From Chitinophagaceae bacterium (GTDB lineage Bacteria > Bacteroidota > Bacteroidia > Chitinophagales > Chitinophagaceae), in assembly GCA_040290035.1 (NCBI GenBank), contig PSMG01000005.1, positions 17,727-81,726 of the forward strand: a stretch of 64,000 nt of DNA. The letters run 5' to 3'. Within the stretch, counting starts at the first letter, position 1; each line of letters begins with the position of its first letter. Shown here piece after piece: positions 19,786 to 29,615 of the stretch. Below the pieces are notes generated by a model. The model ran no database searches. It saw nothing but the letters and a program-made list of their open reading frames with translations, and was not told where the DNA came from. A program made the position numbers and the translations under genes.

Positions 19786-20661
19786 TTATGATTTTGGCTG
19801 TTCTAACAATTTAAAGAACTGATCCAACTGTGGCAGAATGACAATGCGTGTACGGCGATTAGCTGCTTTACCTTCTGCCGTATCGTTGCTTTGCAAGGGA
19901 AGATATTCGCTACGGCCACCAGCTGTCATACGCTTTGGATCGATATTGAATTTGTTTTGCAATAAACGAACAACTGCTGTGGCACGCTTCACACTCAAAT
20001 CCCAATTGTCCTGTACACAACTGCTTTTGATAGGCACATTATCTGTATGGCCTTCTACTAAAAATTCGATGTCGGGTTTGCTGTTTAATACCTGCGCCAC
20101 TTTGCCCAACACGGTCATTGCTCTATCGGAAACATCGGAGCTACCGCTTTTAAATAAAAGCTTATCCGAAATAGAAATGAACACAGCGCTTTTATCTACC
20201 TTGATCTCAATGTCGGTATCATTAATATCGTTCAAGGCACTTTTCAAATTAGTAACCAAGGCAAGATTCAATGAATCTTTCTTATTCATGGCTCTTTGCA
20301 AATCTTGTATATAAGCATCCTTAGCGCCGATATTGTCTAACGATTTTTTAATACTTTCTGCCTGGGCACTACTAATTACTGAAAGATCTTTCAACTGGTT
20401 TACCATTGTATTGTTGTTCTCTTTCATGAAAGCGACCTGCTTGTTCAGCCCTTCAATTTCTGTTTCCAACTGTGCTTTCTTTCGTGCTGCTTCCGATTGA
20501 TCATCACGACATTTTTTTAGATCGTCCTGCACCTGCTGATAAAACGTATTGAGCTTTGCATACTTGTCTTGCTCTGCCTGCAACTCCTTTCTACTAACAC
20601 AAGAAACAAATAGTGTTGCTGATAACAACACCCACATTGATTGTTGAATCTTCATATACAT
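19786..20661 (-). CDS. OmpA/MotB-family lipoprotein with a coiled-coil stalk
   Basis: Lipobox FVSC; coiled coil; LLFKSGS, VEGHTDN, NWDLSVKRA, ANRRTRI. Confidence 0.9.
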   Translation of the reverse strand: MYMKIQQSMWVLLSATLFVSCVSRKELQAEQDKYAKLNTFYQQVQDDLKKCRDDQSEAARKKAQLETEIEGLNKQVAFMKENNNTMVNQLKDLSVISSAQAESIKKSLDNIGAKDAYIQDLQRAMNKKDSLNLALVTNLKSALNDINDTDIEIKVDKSAVFISISDKLLFKSGSSDVSDRAMTVLGKVAQVLNSKPDIEFLVEGHTDNVPIKSSCVQDNWDLSVKRATAVVRLLQNKFNIDPKRMTAGGRSEYLPLQSNDTAEGKAANRRTRIVILPQLDQFFKLLEQPKS

Positions 20662-20741
20662 TGATTTAATGAACTATAGCTAATGCTTAAACGAAGCAAA
20701 AGTAAAAGCTATCTTTGCGAAAAAGAATGATTTTTTTTCTG

Positions 20742-21647
20742 TTAAAATAAACCGCCCTGTGTGTTGATGAACTGAGGAATAGGCAATTGCAGTTTGCACG
20801 TATCATTCAGTTTTTGAACCAGATAGACTGTTAGTTCAGGTGATAAAGCTTCGTCGTGCATGTGCATGAAAAAATGAAGTTCCTGAAGACCATTGTCGAT
20901 CCAATATTTGATGCGTTCTATCCACGCATCGATGCGTGTATAATCTGATGCATGCAGGCTATTACCTACATAGCGAATAAATGTTTTGGGAATGGTTAGA
21001 TGCATGTGGCAACAGTCTCTACGTCCGGCCGTATCGGTAATAACTGAGCCGATCTTTAAACTTCGTAATGTTTGAAATAATTCTTCGCTGTGCGGAGTTG
21101 TAAACCAGTCCGGGTATCTTACTTCTAAAAAGAACTGCACATCTTTTGGAAGCTTTGCTAAGTAATCGAAAAGTTCCGTTTTTCTTTTTGGGGCAAATTT
21201 GTCGCTTACCTGCAAAAACACTGGACCCAGGTGGTCACCAAATTCAGTAATGCTTCCTAAAAAAGCATCGGTTAAAAATTGTTTGTCGTTGAATGATCCG
21301 AAATGACTTATTCCCTGGTAAATCTTTGGAGCGAATTTGAAGTTTTTTCCTTTGGCTTTGTTCAACCACTTTTGAATGTCTTCCGGCTTGTATAATTTAT
21401 AATGCGTAGCATTTAATTCAATAGAATTGTAATGCTTTACATATTCGTCTAGGAACTGAGCATCTTTTGTGCCCTTTGGATAGATCTTGCCAATCCATTC
21501 TTTTCTACCCCATTTGGCGCAGCCTACATATACTTCAACATTCGGTGACTTCTTCCCTTGCAACATTAAACGATTGCTGGCCGGTTCAGGAGGTAAGCCA
21601 AAGTCGACATTTTTCAATTCTGTTTCTGCTACACGACCAAAATCCAT
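20742..21647 (-). CDS. DUF72 family protein
   Basis: YVGCAKW, SIELNATHY, GPVFLQ, LEVRYPDW, VITDTAGRRD. Confidence 0.85.
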   Translation of the reverse strand: MDFGRVAETELKNVDFGLPPEPASNRLMLQGKKSPNVEVYVGCAKWGRKEWIGKIYPKGTKDAQFLDEYVKHYNSIELNATHYKLYKPEDIQKWLNKAKGKNFKFAPKIYQGISHFGSFNDKQFLTDAFLGSITEFGDHLGPVFLQVSDKFAPKRKTELFDYLAKLPKDVQFFLEVRYPDWFTTPHSEELFQTLRSLKIGSVITDTAGRRDCCHMHLTIPKTFIRYVGNSLHASDYTRIDAWIERIKYWIDNGLQELHFFMHMHDEALSPELTVYLVQKLNDTCKLQLPIPQFINTQGGLF

Positions 21648-21651
21648 ATGC

Positions 21652-22140
21652 TTATTTTATTTCTTCAAACTCGCCGGTTTGTTTGTTTTTGCGCACATTA
21701 CCTGCGTGAAAGTAACGACCATTCATTACCACATATACACCCTGCGGCAAACTTTGCACAAAGGCCATGGCGCTGCCTAAATTGAACAACCCGTCCGATG
21801 AGCCAAATTTATAAGGAACCATGGCGCCTGTGAGCACAATGGTTTTATCCGTTACTTTTTGTGCTAAGACTTTTGCTGTATCAGCCATGGTATCGGTACC
21901 ATGCGTGATGATAATTTTTTCCTGCGGGCTTTTAATGCAATGATCTGCAATTAGGGAACGGTCTTCATCCGTCATTTCCAAACTATCTACCATCATTAAG
22001 GTACGCACTTCAACCGGAACCAAATTGCGGCCTAACTCTAACATTTCAGGAAGATGAGAGTCTTTGAAAAAAAGCTGACCTGTTAACTCATTGTATTCTT
22101 TGTCGAAGGTGCCACCAGTTATAAAAATGCGAATACTCAT
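21652..22140 (-). CDS. Short asparaginase-domain protein
   Basis: ITGGTFDK, ITHGTDTM, VLTGAMVP; N-terminal domain only. Confidence 0.85.
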   Translation of the reverse strand: MSIRIFITGGTFDKEYNELTGQLFFKDSHLPEMLELGRNLVPVEVRTLMMVDSLEMTDEDRSLIADHCIKSPQEKIIITHGTDTMADTAKVLAQKVTDKTIVLTGAMVPYKFGSSDGLFNLGSAMAFVQSLPQGVYVVMNGRYFHAGNVRKNKQTGEFEEIK

Positions 22141-22188
22141 ACCAACTTATTATTGGTAAAAATAAGAAGCGAACGAGGAAGAAAAATA

Positions 22189-22410
22189 TTACACTTCTTT
22201 CTCCATTGTTTTTCCAATCACATAACCTACTGCAGCACCAACGAGGCCACCAATAATAGGAGCCATATAACCATCGCTGGAAGCGAAAAAACCAATTAAT
22301 AGACCAAAAACACCTGCCAATAAGGCCCATACAATTCTTCCTTTTGTACGCTGCCTGGCAGGTATAGCAGCGGGTTGATGGTGACCCCGAGGTTTGCGAC
22401 TATTAGGCAT
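22189..22410 (-). CDS. Small membrane protein with a glycine-zipper-like hairpin
   Basis: Basic N-terminus, two TM segments, IIGGLVGAAVGYVIG. Confidence 0.7.
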   Translation of the reverse strand: MPNSRKPRGHHQPAAIPARQRTKGRIVWALLAGVFGLLIGFFASSDGYMAPIIGGLVGAAVGYVIGKTMEKEV

Positions 22411-22623
22411 AATTTATTTTTTATAAAAGTTACACCTAATTGCTTAAAAGAGGATGACTTTAATCACTACATGGTCCTGAGTTTTCTTCATACTTTAATC
22501 TATGACAAAGCAATACAATTACTAATAGACCGACTAGGCGATATCTTAAATAAGCGGGGGAAGACAAGTAGGCTATTCAACAACAAGAGGATATAGAAAA
22601 GCCACATCCCTGTGGCTTTTTAA

Positions 22624-22824
22624 TTAGTCGATAATTAGCTTAGACGGAGTTAAAGGCTGTATAGACTGAACAGGCGCCTGATGCTTTTTCATTTTTTTGT
22701 GATGCTTTGCTTTTGCCGGAAGCGGAGGTGGAGGTGGTGCTACTTTTTCTTTCTTCTGTGCTACTGATGCCAATGTGATGGTAATGGCCATTGCTGCAAG
22801 TGCTAATTTCTTAATCATAGACAA
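22624..22824 (-). CDS. Small secreted Pro/Lys-rich protein
   Basis: Signal peptide MSMIKKLALAAMAITITLASVA/Q, PPPPP; followed by a terminator at 22597-22621. Confidence 0.6.
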   Translation of the reverse strand: MSMIKKLALAAMAITITLASVAQKKEKVAPPPPPLPAKAKHHKKMKKHQAPVQSIQPLTPSKLIID

Positions 22825-22957
22825 ATGGTTTTAAACTATTATGCACGTCTCAATTATTTCCATAAAGCCTATTCAATATTTTGAAAAATGGTTGGTGCTG
22901 TTGCAGCAGTAGCGTTTATCCCTCGGTACATTCCCTTACTTTTGTCGCTTAGAATTT

Positions 22958-24220
22958 TTGTACATGAAGCTGTCGCATTTATCACAAACGTTAATCGGTT
23001 CCGAGATTGTAAAATTGGGTGGCGAAATAAAAGAACGCATCAGCAAAGGTGAAATCATTTACAATTTCACTCTCGGTGATTTTGATCCTTCCATATTCTC
23101 TATTCCGAAAGAATTGGAAGAAGCGATTATAGATGCATACAAAGCTCATTTTACCAATTACCCAACTGCGGAAGGCAACCCCGATCTGCGACAGTCGATC
23201 AGTTCATTTGTCAAAACATTCCAGGGACTGAATTATCAGCCTGATGAAATATTGGTAGCTTCCGGAGGACGTCCGTTGATCTATGGAGTGTATCGTGCCA
23301 TTGTTGACAAAGGTGACAAAGTGATCTATGCTGTTCCTTCCTGGAATAATAATCACTACACGCATTTTGTAGATGGTGAACATATCATTTTAGAAGCAAC
23401 TGCGGAGCATAATTTTATGCCTACTGCTGCTGACATAGAACCGCATATACAAGAAGCAACACTCATTTCTCTTTGCTCCCCTCAAAACCCTACCGGCACA
23501 ACATTTAAAAAAGAAGACCTGCAGGCCATTTGTGATTTGGTAATCAAGGAAAATAAACGCCGCGGTGATAGCGATAAGAAATTGTACGTGATGTATGATC
23601 AAATGTATTGGCATCTGACCTATGATGGTATCCAACATTATGATCCTGTTTCGCTGAATGAAGAAATGCGCGCCTATACTATTTATGTTGATGCGGTAAG
23701 TAAAGTGTTCGCTGCAACCGGCATTCGTGTGGGTTGGAGTTTAGGGCCTGCGCATGTGTTGAATAAAATGAAAGCCATTTTATCGCATGTAGGTGCATGG
23801 GCGCCCATGGCAGAACAAAAAGGGACAGCTAAATATTTGTTGCAAACAGAGGCTATTAAAAAATACCTGGCTCATTATAAAGCAGAAATTGATGAACGCC
23901 TGCACCGCATTTACGAAGGATTTATGCAGCTAAAAAAAGATGGTCACAACGTAGATGCGGTAGCGCCTGAGGCGGCCATTTATCTTACCATAAAACTAGA
24001 TTTAACCGGCAAGCACACTGCCGATGGAAATACATTAAAGGATCAAAATGATGTAACTGCTTACTTGCTCCAGCATGCTAAGCTGGCTGTGGTGCCTTTT
24101 TATGCTTTTGGCGCACCGAAAACATCACCCTGGTACCGTTTAAGCGTGGGCACTTGTAAGAAAGAAGAGATCGATGAAATGCTGCATCAATTAAGAACTG
24201 CCCTGGAAGGTTTACATTAA
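22958..24220 (+). CDS. PLP-dependent class I/II aminotransferase (aspartate aminotransferase-like)
   Basis: SPQNPTG, DQMY, SKVFAATGIRVGW; promoter box TACTTTTG at ~22938. Confidence 0.9.
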   Translation: MYMKLSHLSQTLIGSEIVKLGGEIKERISKGEIIYNFTLGDFDPSIFSIPKELEEAIIDAYKAHFTNYPTAEGNPDLRQSISSFVKTFQGLNYQPDEILVASGGRPLIYGVYRAIVDKGDKVIYAVPSWNNNHYTHFVDGEHIILEATAEHNFMPTAADIEPHIQEATLISLCSPQNPTGTTFKKEDLQAICDLVIKENKRRGDSDKKLYVMYDQMYWHLTYDGIQHYDPVSLNEEMRAYTIYVDAVSKVFAATGIRVGWSLGPAHVLNKMKAILSHVGAWAPMAEQKGTAKYLLQTEAIKKYLAHYKAEIDERLHRIYEGFMQLKKDGHNVDAVAPEAAIYLTIKLDLTGKHTADGNTLKDQNDVTAYLLQHAKLAVVPFYAFGAPKTSPWYRLSVGTCKKEEIDEMLHQLRTALEGLH

Positions 24221-24459
24221 TTTTTGTTAATCAGAAAGTAGAAAGGCTTTAATACAGGTTCGGAAATAGCATTTAGAAGTACACTTCTTCTCTGCGTGAT
24301 CTTAAAACGCTTCACCAGTTCATGCGCTCTACAGAAAGCTTCATTACTCTCCGCCTGACGGGCTATAGCATGTAATTCCTCCAGTTGTTTTTCCAACTCC
24401 TCTTCATTAGTGTCAGGAGTTTTTAGCAAAACCAATAGCTCACGATTATGCGCTTTCAT
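24217..24459 (-). CDS. Hypothetical 80-aa protein
   Basis: Helical ORF ending KPFYFLINKN; normal composition. Confidence 0.6.
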   Translation of the reverse strand: MKAHNRELLVLLKTPDTNEEELEKQLEELHAIARQAESNEAFCRAHELVKRFKITQRRSVLLNAISEPVLKPFYFLINKN

Positions 24460-24478
24460 TTCCTACCGTTGTTTTAAA

Positions 24479-24513
24479 TAAACAATCAACTTATTAAGAG
24501 GTTGATTGTTTTT
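24479..24513 (-). terminator. Terminator after the CGCP lipopeptide gene
   Basis: AAACAATCAAC-N10-GTTGATTGTTT. Confidence 0.7.
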
Positions 24514-24517
24514 CAAA

Positions 24518-24640
24518 TTAATGACTGATTGCGGGACAACCGCATTTGCTGCCCTTGCCCGAACCAGAATAATAATTTCTTTCGCAACTGCTTAAAATTA
24601 CTGTTGCCAGGAATAATGCCACATAGATTAACTTTCTCAT
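24518..24640 (-). CDS. 40-aa lipopeptide (not in the ORF track)
   Basis: MRKLIYVALFLATVILSS/CERNYYSGSGKGSKCGCPAISH*: textbook signal peptide II followed directly by a terminator. Confidence 0.75.
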   Translation of the reverse strand: MRKLIYVALFLATVILSSCERNYYSGSGKGSKCGCPAISH

Positions 24641-24712
24641 AGATGGATTTCTAAATTAAACTATTTTGGAAGCAATTTAGTATTCCATTGGTGAAACCAG
24701 AAAAAAATTAAC

Positions 24713-25816
24713 ATGGAACAACCCTTTACCAAGACTAAACCCAAAGTGCTTGTAGCCCCACTGGATTGGGGTTTAGGCCATGCCACCCGCTGCATTCCTA
24801 TTATTTGGCAACTATTACAATCAGGGGCTAAAGTGATTTTAGCCGCCGAAGGAAGAACAGAGGTAATTCTACGAGAAGAATTCCCGCAGTTGCCATTGCT
24901 TACACTAGCGGGCTATGATATTCGCTATGGTAAATCGAAGGTGAGCATGATGGGAAATATGATGGCACAAATTCCCAAAATGCTGATGGCGATACAGGAA
25001 GAATTTAACTGGCTGCAAAAAACAGTAGCGGTATATGGCATTGACCTGGTGATTTCTGACAACCGCTATGGTTTGTATCATACTGATGTTCGTTCTGTTT
25101 TCATCACGCATCAATTGCTGATCAAAACGCCATTCGGCAGCATTGGCGACAAAGCCTTGCAGCGTATGAATTACAGCTTTATCAATTCGTTTGATGAATG
25201 CTGGGTGCCTGATACAGATGACGCCATTAATTTGGCCGGCGACTTATCACATCCAGAAAAGCCGCCTAAAATCCCGGTTCATTATATTGGCGCTTTGTCG
25301 CGTTTTGAATTTTCAAGAGAAACAGGTAACAAACATTTGTTAGTAATGCTCTCAGGGCCGGAGCCGCAGCGATCTATTTTGGAAGTAAAACTATTGGAGC
25401 AATTAAAAGAGTATCCAAAAGCTGTTTTGTTTGTGCGTGGCTTACCGGGTGAAATGGAATTGCCCCAAGCGCCGATGAATATCCGGATCGTCAATCATTT
25501 GCCAACAAAAGAACTGGAAGTGGCGATCAAGGAAGCATCTATGGTTATTGGACGATGTGGTTATAGCACCGTGATGGACCTAATGCAATTACAGAAGCGA
25601 AGCATTTTAATTCCAACACCGGGACAAACCGAACAAGAATACCTGGCTGCGCATCTTACTGCACAACAACTAGCTTTTTGCCTGATGCAGGATGAATTTA
25701 GTTTGACCAATGCACTTCAATCAGCCGAAGCGTTTCCATATAACCTGCAAGCCATGCATTCAAAATATTTATTGAAAGAGGCCATTGATAATTTATTGTT
25801 GCATGTGAACAAATAA
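24713..25816 (+). CDS. GT-B glycosyltransferase (GT28/GT1-like)
   Basis: GLGHATRC, ISDNRY, GRCGYSTVMD, PTPGQTEQEY. Confidence 0.85.
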   Translation: MEQPFTKTKPKVLVAPLDWGLGHATRCIPIIWQLLQSGAKVILAAEGRTEVILREEFPQLPLLTLAGYDIRYGKSKVSMMGNMMAQIPKMLMAIQEEFNWLQKTVAVYGIDLVISDNRYGLYHTDVRSVFITHQLLIKTPFGSIGDKALQRMNYSFINSFDECWVPDTDDAINLAGDLSHPEKPPKIPVHYIGALSRFEFSRETGNKHLLVMLSGPEPQRSILEVKLLEQLKEYPKAVLFVRGLPGEMELPQAPMNIRIVNHLPTKELEVAIKEASMVIGRCGYSTVMDLMQLQKRSILIPTPGQTEQEYLAAHLTAQQLAFCLMQDEFSLTNALQSAEAFPYNLQAMHSKYLLKEAIDNLLLHVNK

Positions 25817-25826
25817 GCGCATTTCT

Positions 25827-26729
25827 TTGCTCCCAAACGTGAAACCAAGCACTAATGCACATATAGCTGTACTCTGCACCAATTTATTTTTTGCCTGCAA
25901 CTTCAGCTTTGTGAAGGCCATTTCACCAACACCTATGAAGCCGTTTGCGCTGAATATTTTCCGGGTGGGATTTAGTCTTGTTCTTTTCTGGAGTGTGTTT
26001 CTGTTCGGCAAATCATCTGCACGCATAGCCAAAGAAGATATTGGTCGGTTTATGCTCTGTGGACTCACCGGTGTTGCTATTAATCAAATGCTGTTCATCA
26101 AAGGGCTTACGCTAACGTCTACTATTCATGCTTCGTTACTAATGCTGGTAACACCTTTATTGATTACTGTATTTGCTTTGTGGGTTTTGAGGGAACAAAT
26201 AACCCTTTTTAAAATCATGGGGTTGTGTTTAGGCATAGCTGGTTGTGTTTTATTAATTACCACAAAAGAAGATCATCACAAAGCCACCAATTATATCTTA
26301 GGTGATATACTTATTTTGATCAATGCTATCTCCTATTCTTTTTATTTTATTCTTGTAAAGCCCCTAATGGAACGTTACAAACCCGTTCATGTCGTGCGGT
26401 GGGTATTTACGTTTGGATTTTTATTTATGTTGCCCTTTGGTTGGAAGGATGCCGTACATGTGGCCTTTTCATCATTCAGTACTTCAGACTACTTATTCCT
26501 GTTTTTAGTCGTTTTTACGGGCACTTTTCTTGCTTATTATTTTAATGCGTATGGCATTCAACATTTAGGCGCTGGTATTACAGGTATGTACATTTACACG
26601 CAACCAGTATTTGCCGTACTCATTGCTACCCTTATCTTACACGAAGGATTGAGCTGGCAAAAATTATTATCGGCCTGTTTGATCTTCAGTGGCGTGTATC
26701 TGGTATGTTTCCGAAAAAAAACTGCGTAA
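25827..26729 (+). CDS. DMT/EamA family transporter
   Basis: Ten TM helices in two EamA repeats. Confidence 0.9.
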   Translation: MLPNVKPSTNAHIAVLCTNLFFACNFSFVKAISPTPMKPFALNIFRVGFSLVLFWSVFLFGKSSARIAKEDIGRFMLCGLTGVAINQMLFIKGLTLTSTIHASLLMLVTPLLITVFALWVLREQITLFKIMGLCLGIAGCVLLITTKEDHHKATNYILGDILILINAISYSFYFILVKPLMERYKPVHVVRWVFTFGFLFMLPFGWKDAVHVAFSSFSTSDYLFLFLVVFTGTFLAYYFNAYGIQHLGAGITGMYIYTQPVFAVLIATLILHEGLSWQKLLSACLIFSGVYLVCFRKKTA

Positions 26730-26787
26730 AATCACGTTTTGGTATTTGCTTTTCGTTTGTATTTTAGTGTCATTAAATCCTCTATCA

Positions 26788-27210
26788 ATGAAAAGCACAA
26801 AACTAGTTGCTACACTACTTCTATTCCTATGTTCTCTTTCTTTTATTGGCTGTTCAAAGCAAACAGACGATTTACCAACAGAAACAAAAGACATTCTGAC
26901 GCAAGGGCAATGGAAAGTGAATTATTATTTCGCTGATCAGGACCGCACTTCACAGTTATCAGATTATAATTTTCAATTCAATCCGAACGGTACTCTGTCC
27001 TGTACGCACAATGCTTCTTTTTGCACCGGTACATGGAAAGTAATCAGAAATGTAAATGGATTTGATTTGTTAGAAATGAATGTTGGTCAAACCAACAGTG
27101 ATTTACAGCAGTTGAACCTTACATGGAAAATAACTGATAAAAATTTTCAATTGCTAAACATGCAAGGCCAAGCACAAAGTCAATACCAGTTGCGGATTGC
27201 CAAAAACTAA
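26788..27210 (+). CDS. Hypothetical lipoprotein (lipocalin-like beta fold suspected)
   Basis: MKSTKL...FIGC lipobox; LTQGQWKV, FQFNPNG, GTW. Start moved to ATG 26788. Confidence 0.7.
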   Translation: MKSTKLVATLLLFLCSLSFIGCSKQTDDLPTETKDILTQGQWKVNYYFADQDRTSQLSDYNFQFNPNGTLSCTHNASFCTGTWKVIRNVNGFDLLEMNVGQTNSDLQQLNLTWKITDKNFQLLNMQGQAQSQYQLRIAKN

Positions 27211-27216
27211 TTCAAC

Positions 27217-27246
27217 AAAAAGCCTCATCGAAAGTGAGGCTTTTTT
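27217..27246. terminator. Bidirectional terminator
   Basis: AAAAAGCCTCA-N7-TGAGGCTTTTT between convergent genes. Confidence 0.85.
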
Positions 27247-27256
27247 ATTTAGTTCA

Positions 27257-28477
27257 TTAAATTAAATGAGTCAATAATCCATCCCTTAACTTAGGCTCAA
27301 ACCAAGTGCTTTTCGGAGGCATTACATTGCCGCTATCGGCGATGTCAAATAATTGCCGAATGCTTACCGGGTACAAGCTGAATGCTACTTTTGCTTCGCC
27401 ACTATCCACTCGTTTTTTCAACTCGTCTAAACCTCGGATGCCACCAACAAAATCTACACGATTATCAGTGCGAGGATCTTTAATACCTAATATTTTATCC
27501 AGTACATTGTTTTGCAAAATGGTTACATCTAACACGCCAATTGGATCGCTACTGTAGGTACCTTCTTTTGCAGTAAGCTTATACCATTGATTATTGAAAT
27601 ACATACCAAATGTGTGCAAGCTATTTGGTGCAACCGCGGCATCTGCTTTTTCTACAGCAAAGGAATTGCTTAATTGATTCACAAAGTCATCATCACTCAA
27701 ACCATTTAAATCTTTTGCAATGCGGTTATAGTCTAAAATGGCTAATTGATTGGCCGGGAAAATAGTAGTGAGAAAATATTTTGCGTCTGGACTATCAGGC
27801 AATTGCTGGCTCACCTTAGCAGCAGATGCGGCACGGTGATGACCATCAGCAATGTATGTGAACGGAATTTTTTCTTTGAAAATATTTGTTATAATATCGA
27901 TTGATGCCAAATCGCTAACCACCCAAATAGTATGCGTTACACCATCCGCTGCAGTAAAATTATATTCTGCATTATGCTGCTTTTTCCAGTGTTCAAAAAA
28001 ATCATTTAACTCTTTTACATCTTTACAAGCTAGGAATACATTGCCTGTTTGTGCTTTTATAGTTCGCATGTGATTGATGCGATCCAATTCTTTTTCCGGG
28101 CGAGTGTATTCGTGCTTTTTAATGACATCCTTGAAATAATCTTCCACAGAAGAAACGCATACCAAACCTGTTTGTGTTCTGCCCTTCCACGCTAATTCAT
28201 AAATGTAGTAGCACGGCTTTTCATCCTGGAAAAGTATTTTATGCTCTATAAAACGATCTAAATTTTGCTTTGCTTTTTGATAAACTTCATCGCTGTGAAT
28301 ATCCACATCCAATGGCAGATCAATCTCCGATTTAGTAACGTGTAAAAACGACAATAAGTTATCAGCAGCCTCTCTTCTTGCTTCTTCCGAATTCAATACA
28401 TCATAAGGACGGGACGCAACCTGTGATGCGTATTCATTGTGCGGACGCAATGCTCTAAAAGGTTTGATATCTGCCAT
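27257..28477 (-). CDS. DUF1015 family protein
   Basis: IKPFRALRP, RPYDV, YIADGHHR, MPPKSTWFEPK. Confidence 0.92.
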   Translation of the reverse strand: MADIKPFRALRPHNEYASQVASRPYDVLNSEEARREAADNLLSFLHVTKSEIDLPLDVDIHSDEVYQKAKQNLDRFIEHKILFQDEKPCYYIYELAWKGRTQTGLVCVSSVEDYFKDVIKKHEYTRPEKELDRINHMRTIKAQTGNVFLACKDVKELNDFFEHWKKQHNAEYNFTAADGVTHTIWVVSDLASIDIITNIFKEKIPFTYIADGHHRAASAAKVSQQLPDSPDAKYFLTTIFPANQLAILDYNRIAKDLNGLSDDDFVNQLSNSFAVEKADAAVAPNSLHTFGMYFNNQWYKLTAKEGTYSSDPIGVLDVTILQNNVLDKILGIKDPRTDNRVDFVGGIRGLDELKKRVDSGEAKVAFSLYPVSIRQLFDIADSGNVMPPKSTWFEPKLRDGLLTHLI

Positions 28478-28480
28478 TGT

Positions 28481-29575
28481 TTAATATTTATGTTCTGCAA
28501 AATATTTCATTAAATCAGTCATTGCTTTTACCCTATCTAACGATAAAGCGTTATACATAGAAATACGAAAGCCACCTACGGTTCTATGGCCTTTCACACC
28601 TACCATGCCTTCCTTTTCACACAGTGCTAAAAATTCTTTTTCTGCTGTTTCATTTTCCATGACAAAGCAAGCGTTCATCTTGCTGCGGTCTTCTTTTGAC
28701 ACAGTGCCTTTGAAGATGGGTAAACTATCAAGTGTATCGTAAAACAATTTTGCCTTTGCGTCATTTTGCTTTTCGATAGCAGCAACACCACCTATTTTTT
28801 TCAGCCAACGAAGAGTAAGCATGCAAACATAAATAGCAAACACTGGTGGTGTATTCAACAAGGAGCCTGCTTCAATGTGGTTGCGATAATCCATCATAGT
28901 GGGCAATGCACGATTTACCTTTCCCAGACATCTTTTATTCACCACTACTACATTTGTTCCTGCTGCACCAATGTTTTTCTGTGCACCGGCATAGATCAAA
29001 TCAAACTTATTGAAATCAACTTCTCTACTTAGAATATCACTGCTCATATCGGCCACCAGCGGTACACCTTCATTATAGAAAAGAGATAAATCTTGCCATT
29101 GCGTACCGTAAACCGTATTGTTCGTTGTTAAATGCAGATAAGCAACATTTTTATCTACAGAAAAATCCTTAGGTAAAAAAGAATAGTTTGCTTCTTTAGA
29201 ACTACACACTACCTCTACTTTACCATAAAGCTTTGCTTCTTTAATAGCTTTTGCTGCCCAAATGCCCGTGTCGGTATAGGCAGCAGTTGCCTTATCATCT
29301 AACAAATTTATAGGTACCTGGAAAAACTGCGTAGATGCACCGCCGTGCAAAAACAACACTTCATGTTCATTGTCTAACTGCATTAGCTCTTTTAAGGTAA
29401 CAATTGCTTCGTCAATCACCGCCTGAAACGTTTCGGTGCGATGACCGATCTCTAAAATAGACAAACCGGTTTCATTGAAGTTTAGCAATGCACGGCTCGC
29501 TTCTTCAAAAACTTCTTTTGGAAGAATGGAAGGACCTGCGCCAAAATTGTGAATCGTTGCTGCTTTTGTAGCCAC
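28481..29575 (-). CDS. serC: Phosphoserine aminotransferase
   Basis: NFGAGP, DMSSD, YAGAQKN, NTPP, GHRTVGGFRISMYN; GTG start. Confidence 0.97.
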   Translation of the reverse strand: MATKAATIHNFGAGPSILPKEVFEEASRALLNFNETGLSILEIGHRTETFQAVIDEAIVTLKELMQLDNEHEVLFLHGGASTQFFQVPINLLDDKATAAYTDTGIWAAKAIKEAKLYGKVEVVCSSKEANYSFLPKDFSVDKNVAYLHLTTNNTVYGTQWQDLSLFYNEGVPLVADMSSDILSREVDFNKFDLIYAGAQKNIGAAGTNVVVVNKRCLGKVNRALPTMMDYRNHIEAGSLLNTPPVFAIYVCMLTLRWLKKIGGVAAIEKQNDAKAKLFYDTLDSLPIFKGTVSKEDRSKMNACFVMENETAEKEFLALCEKEGMVGVKGHRTVGGFRISMYNALSLDRVKAMTDLMKYFAEHKY

Positions 29576-29615
29576 AGTGAATTATTAAGAAGCAGCAAAG
29601 TAACGAAATGTCGTT

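Noticed and set aside
22375-22596. 73-aa plus-strand ORF
   Set aside because: It overlaps the start of a minus-strand gene and has no motif; it could be a remnant but I cannot support it.
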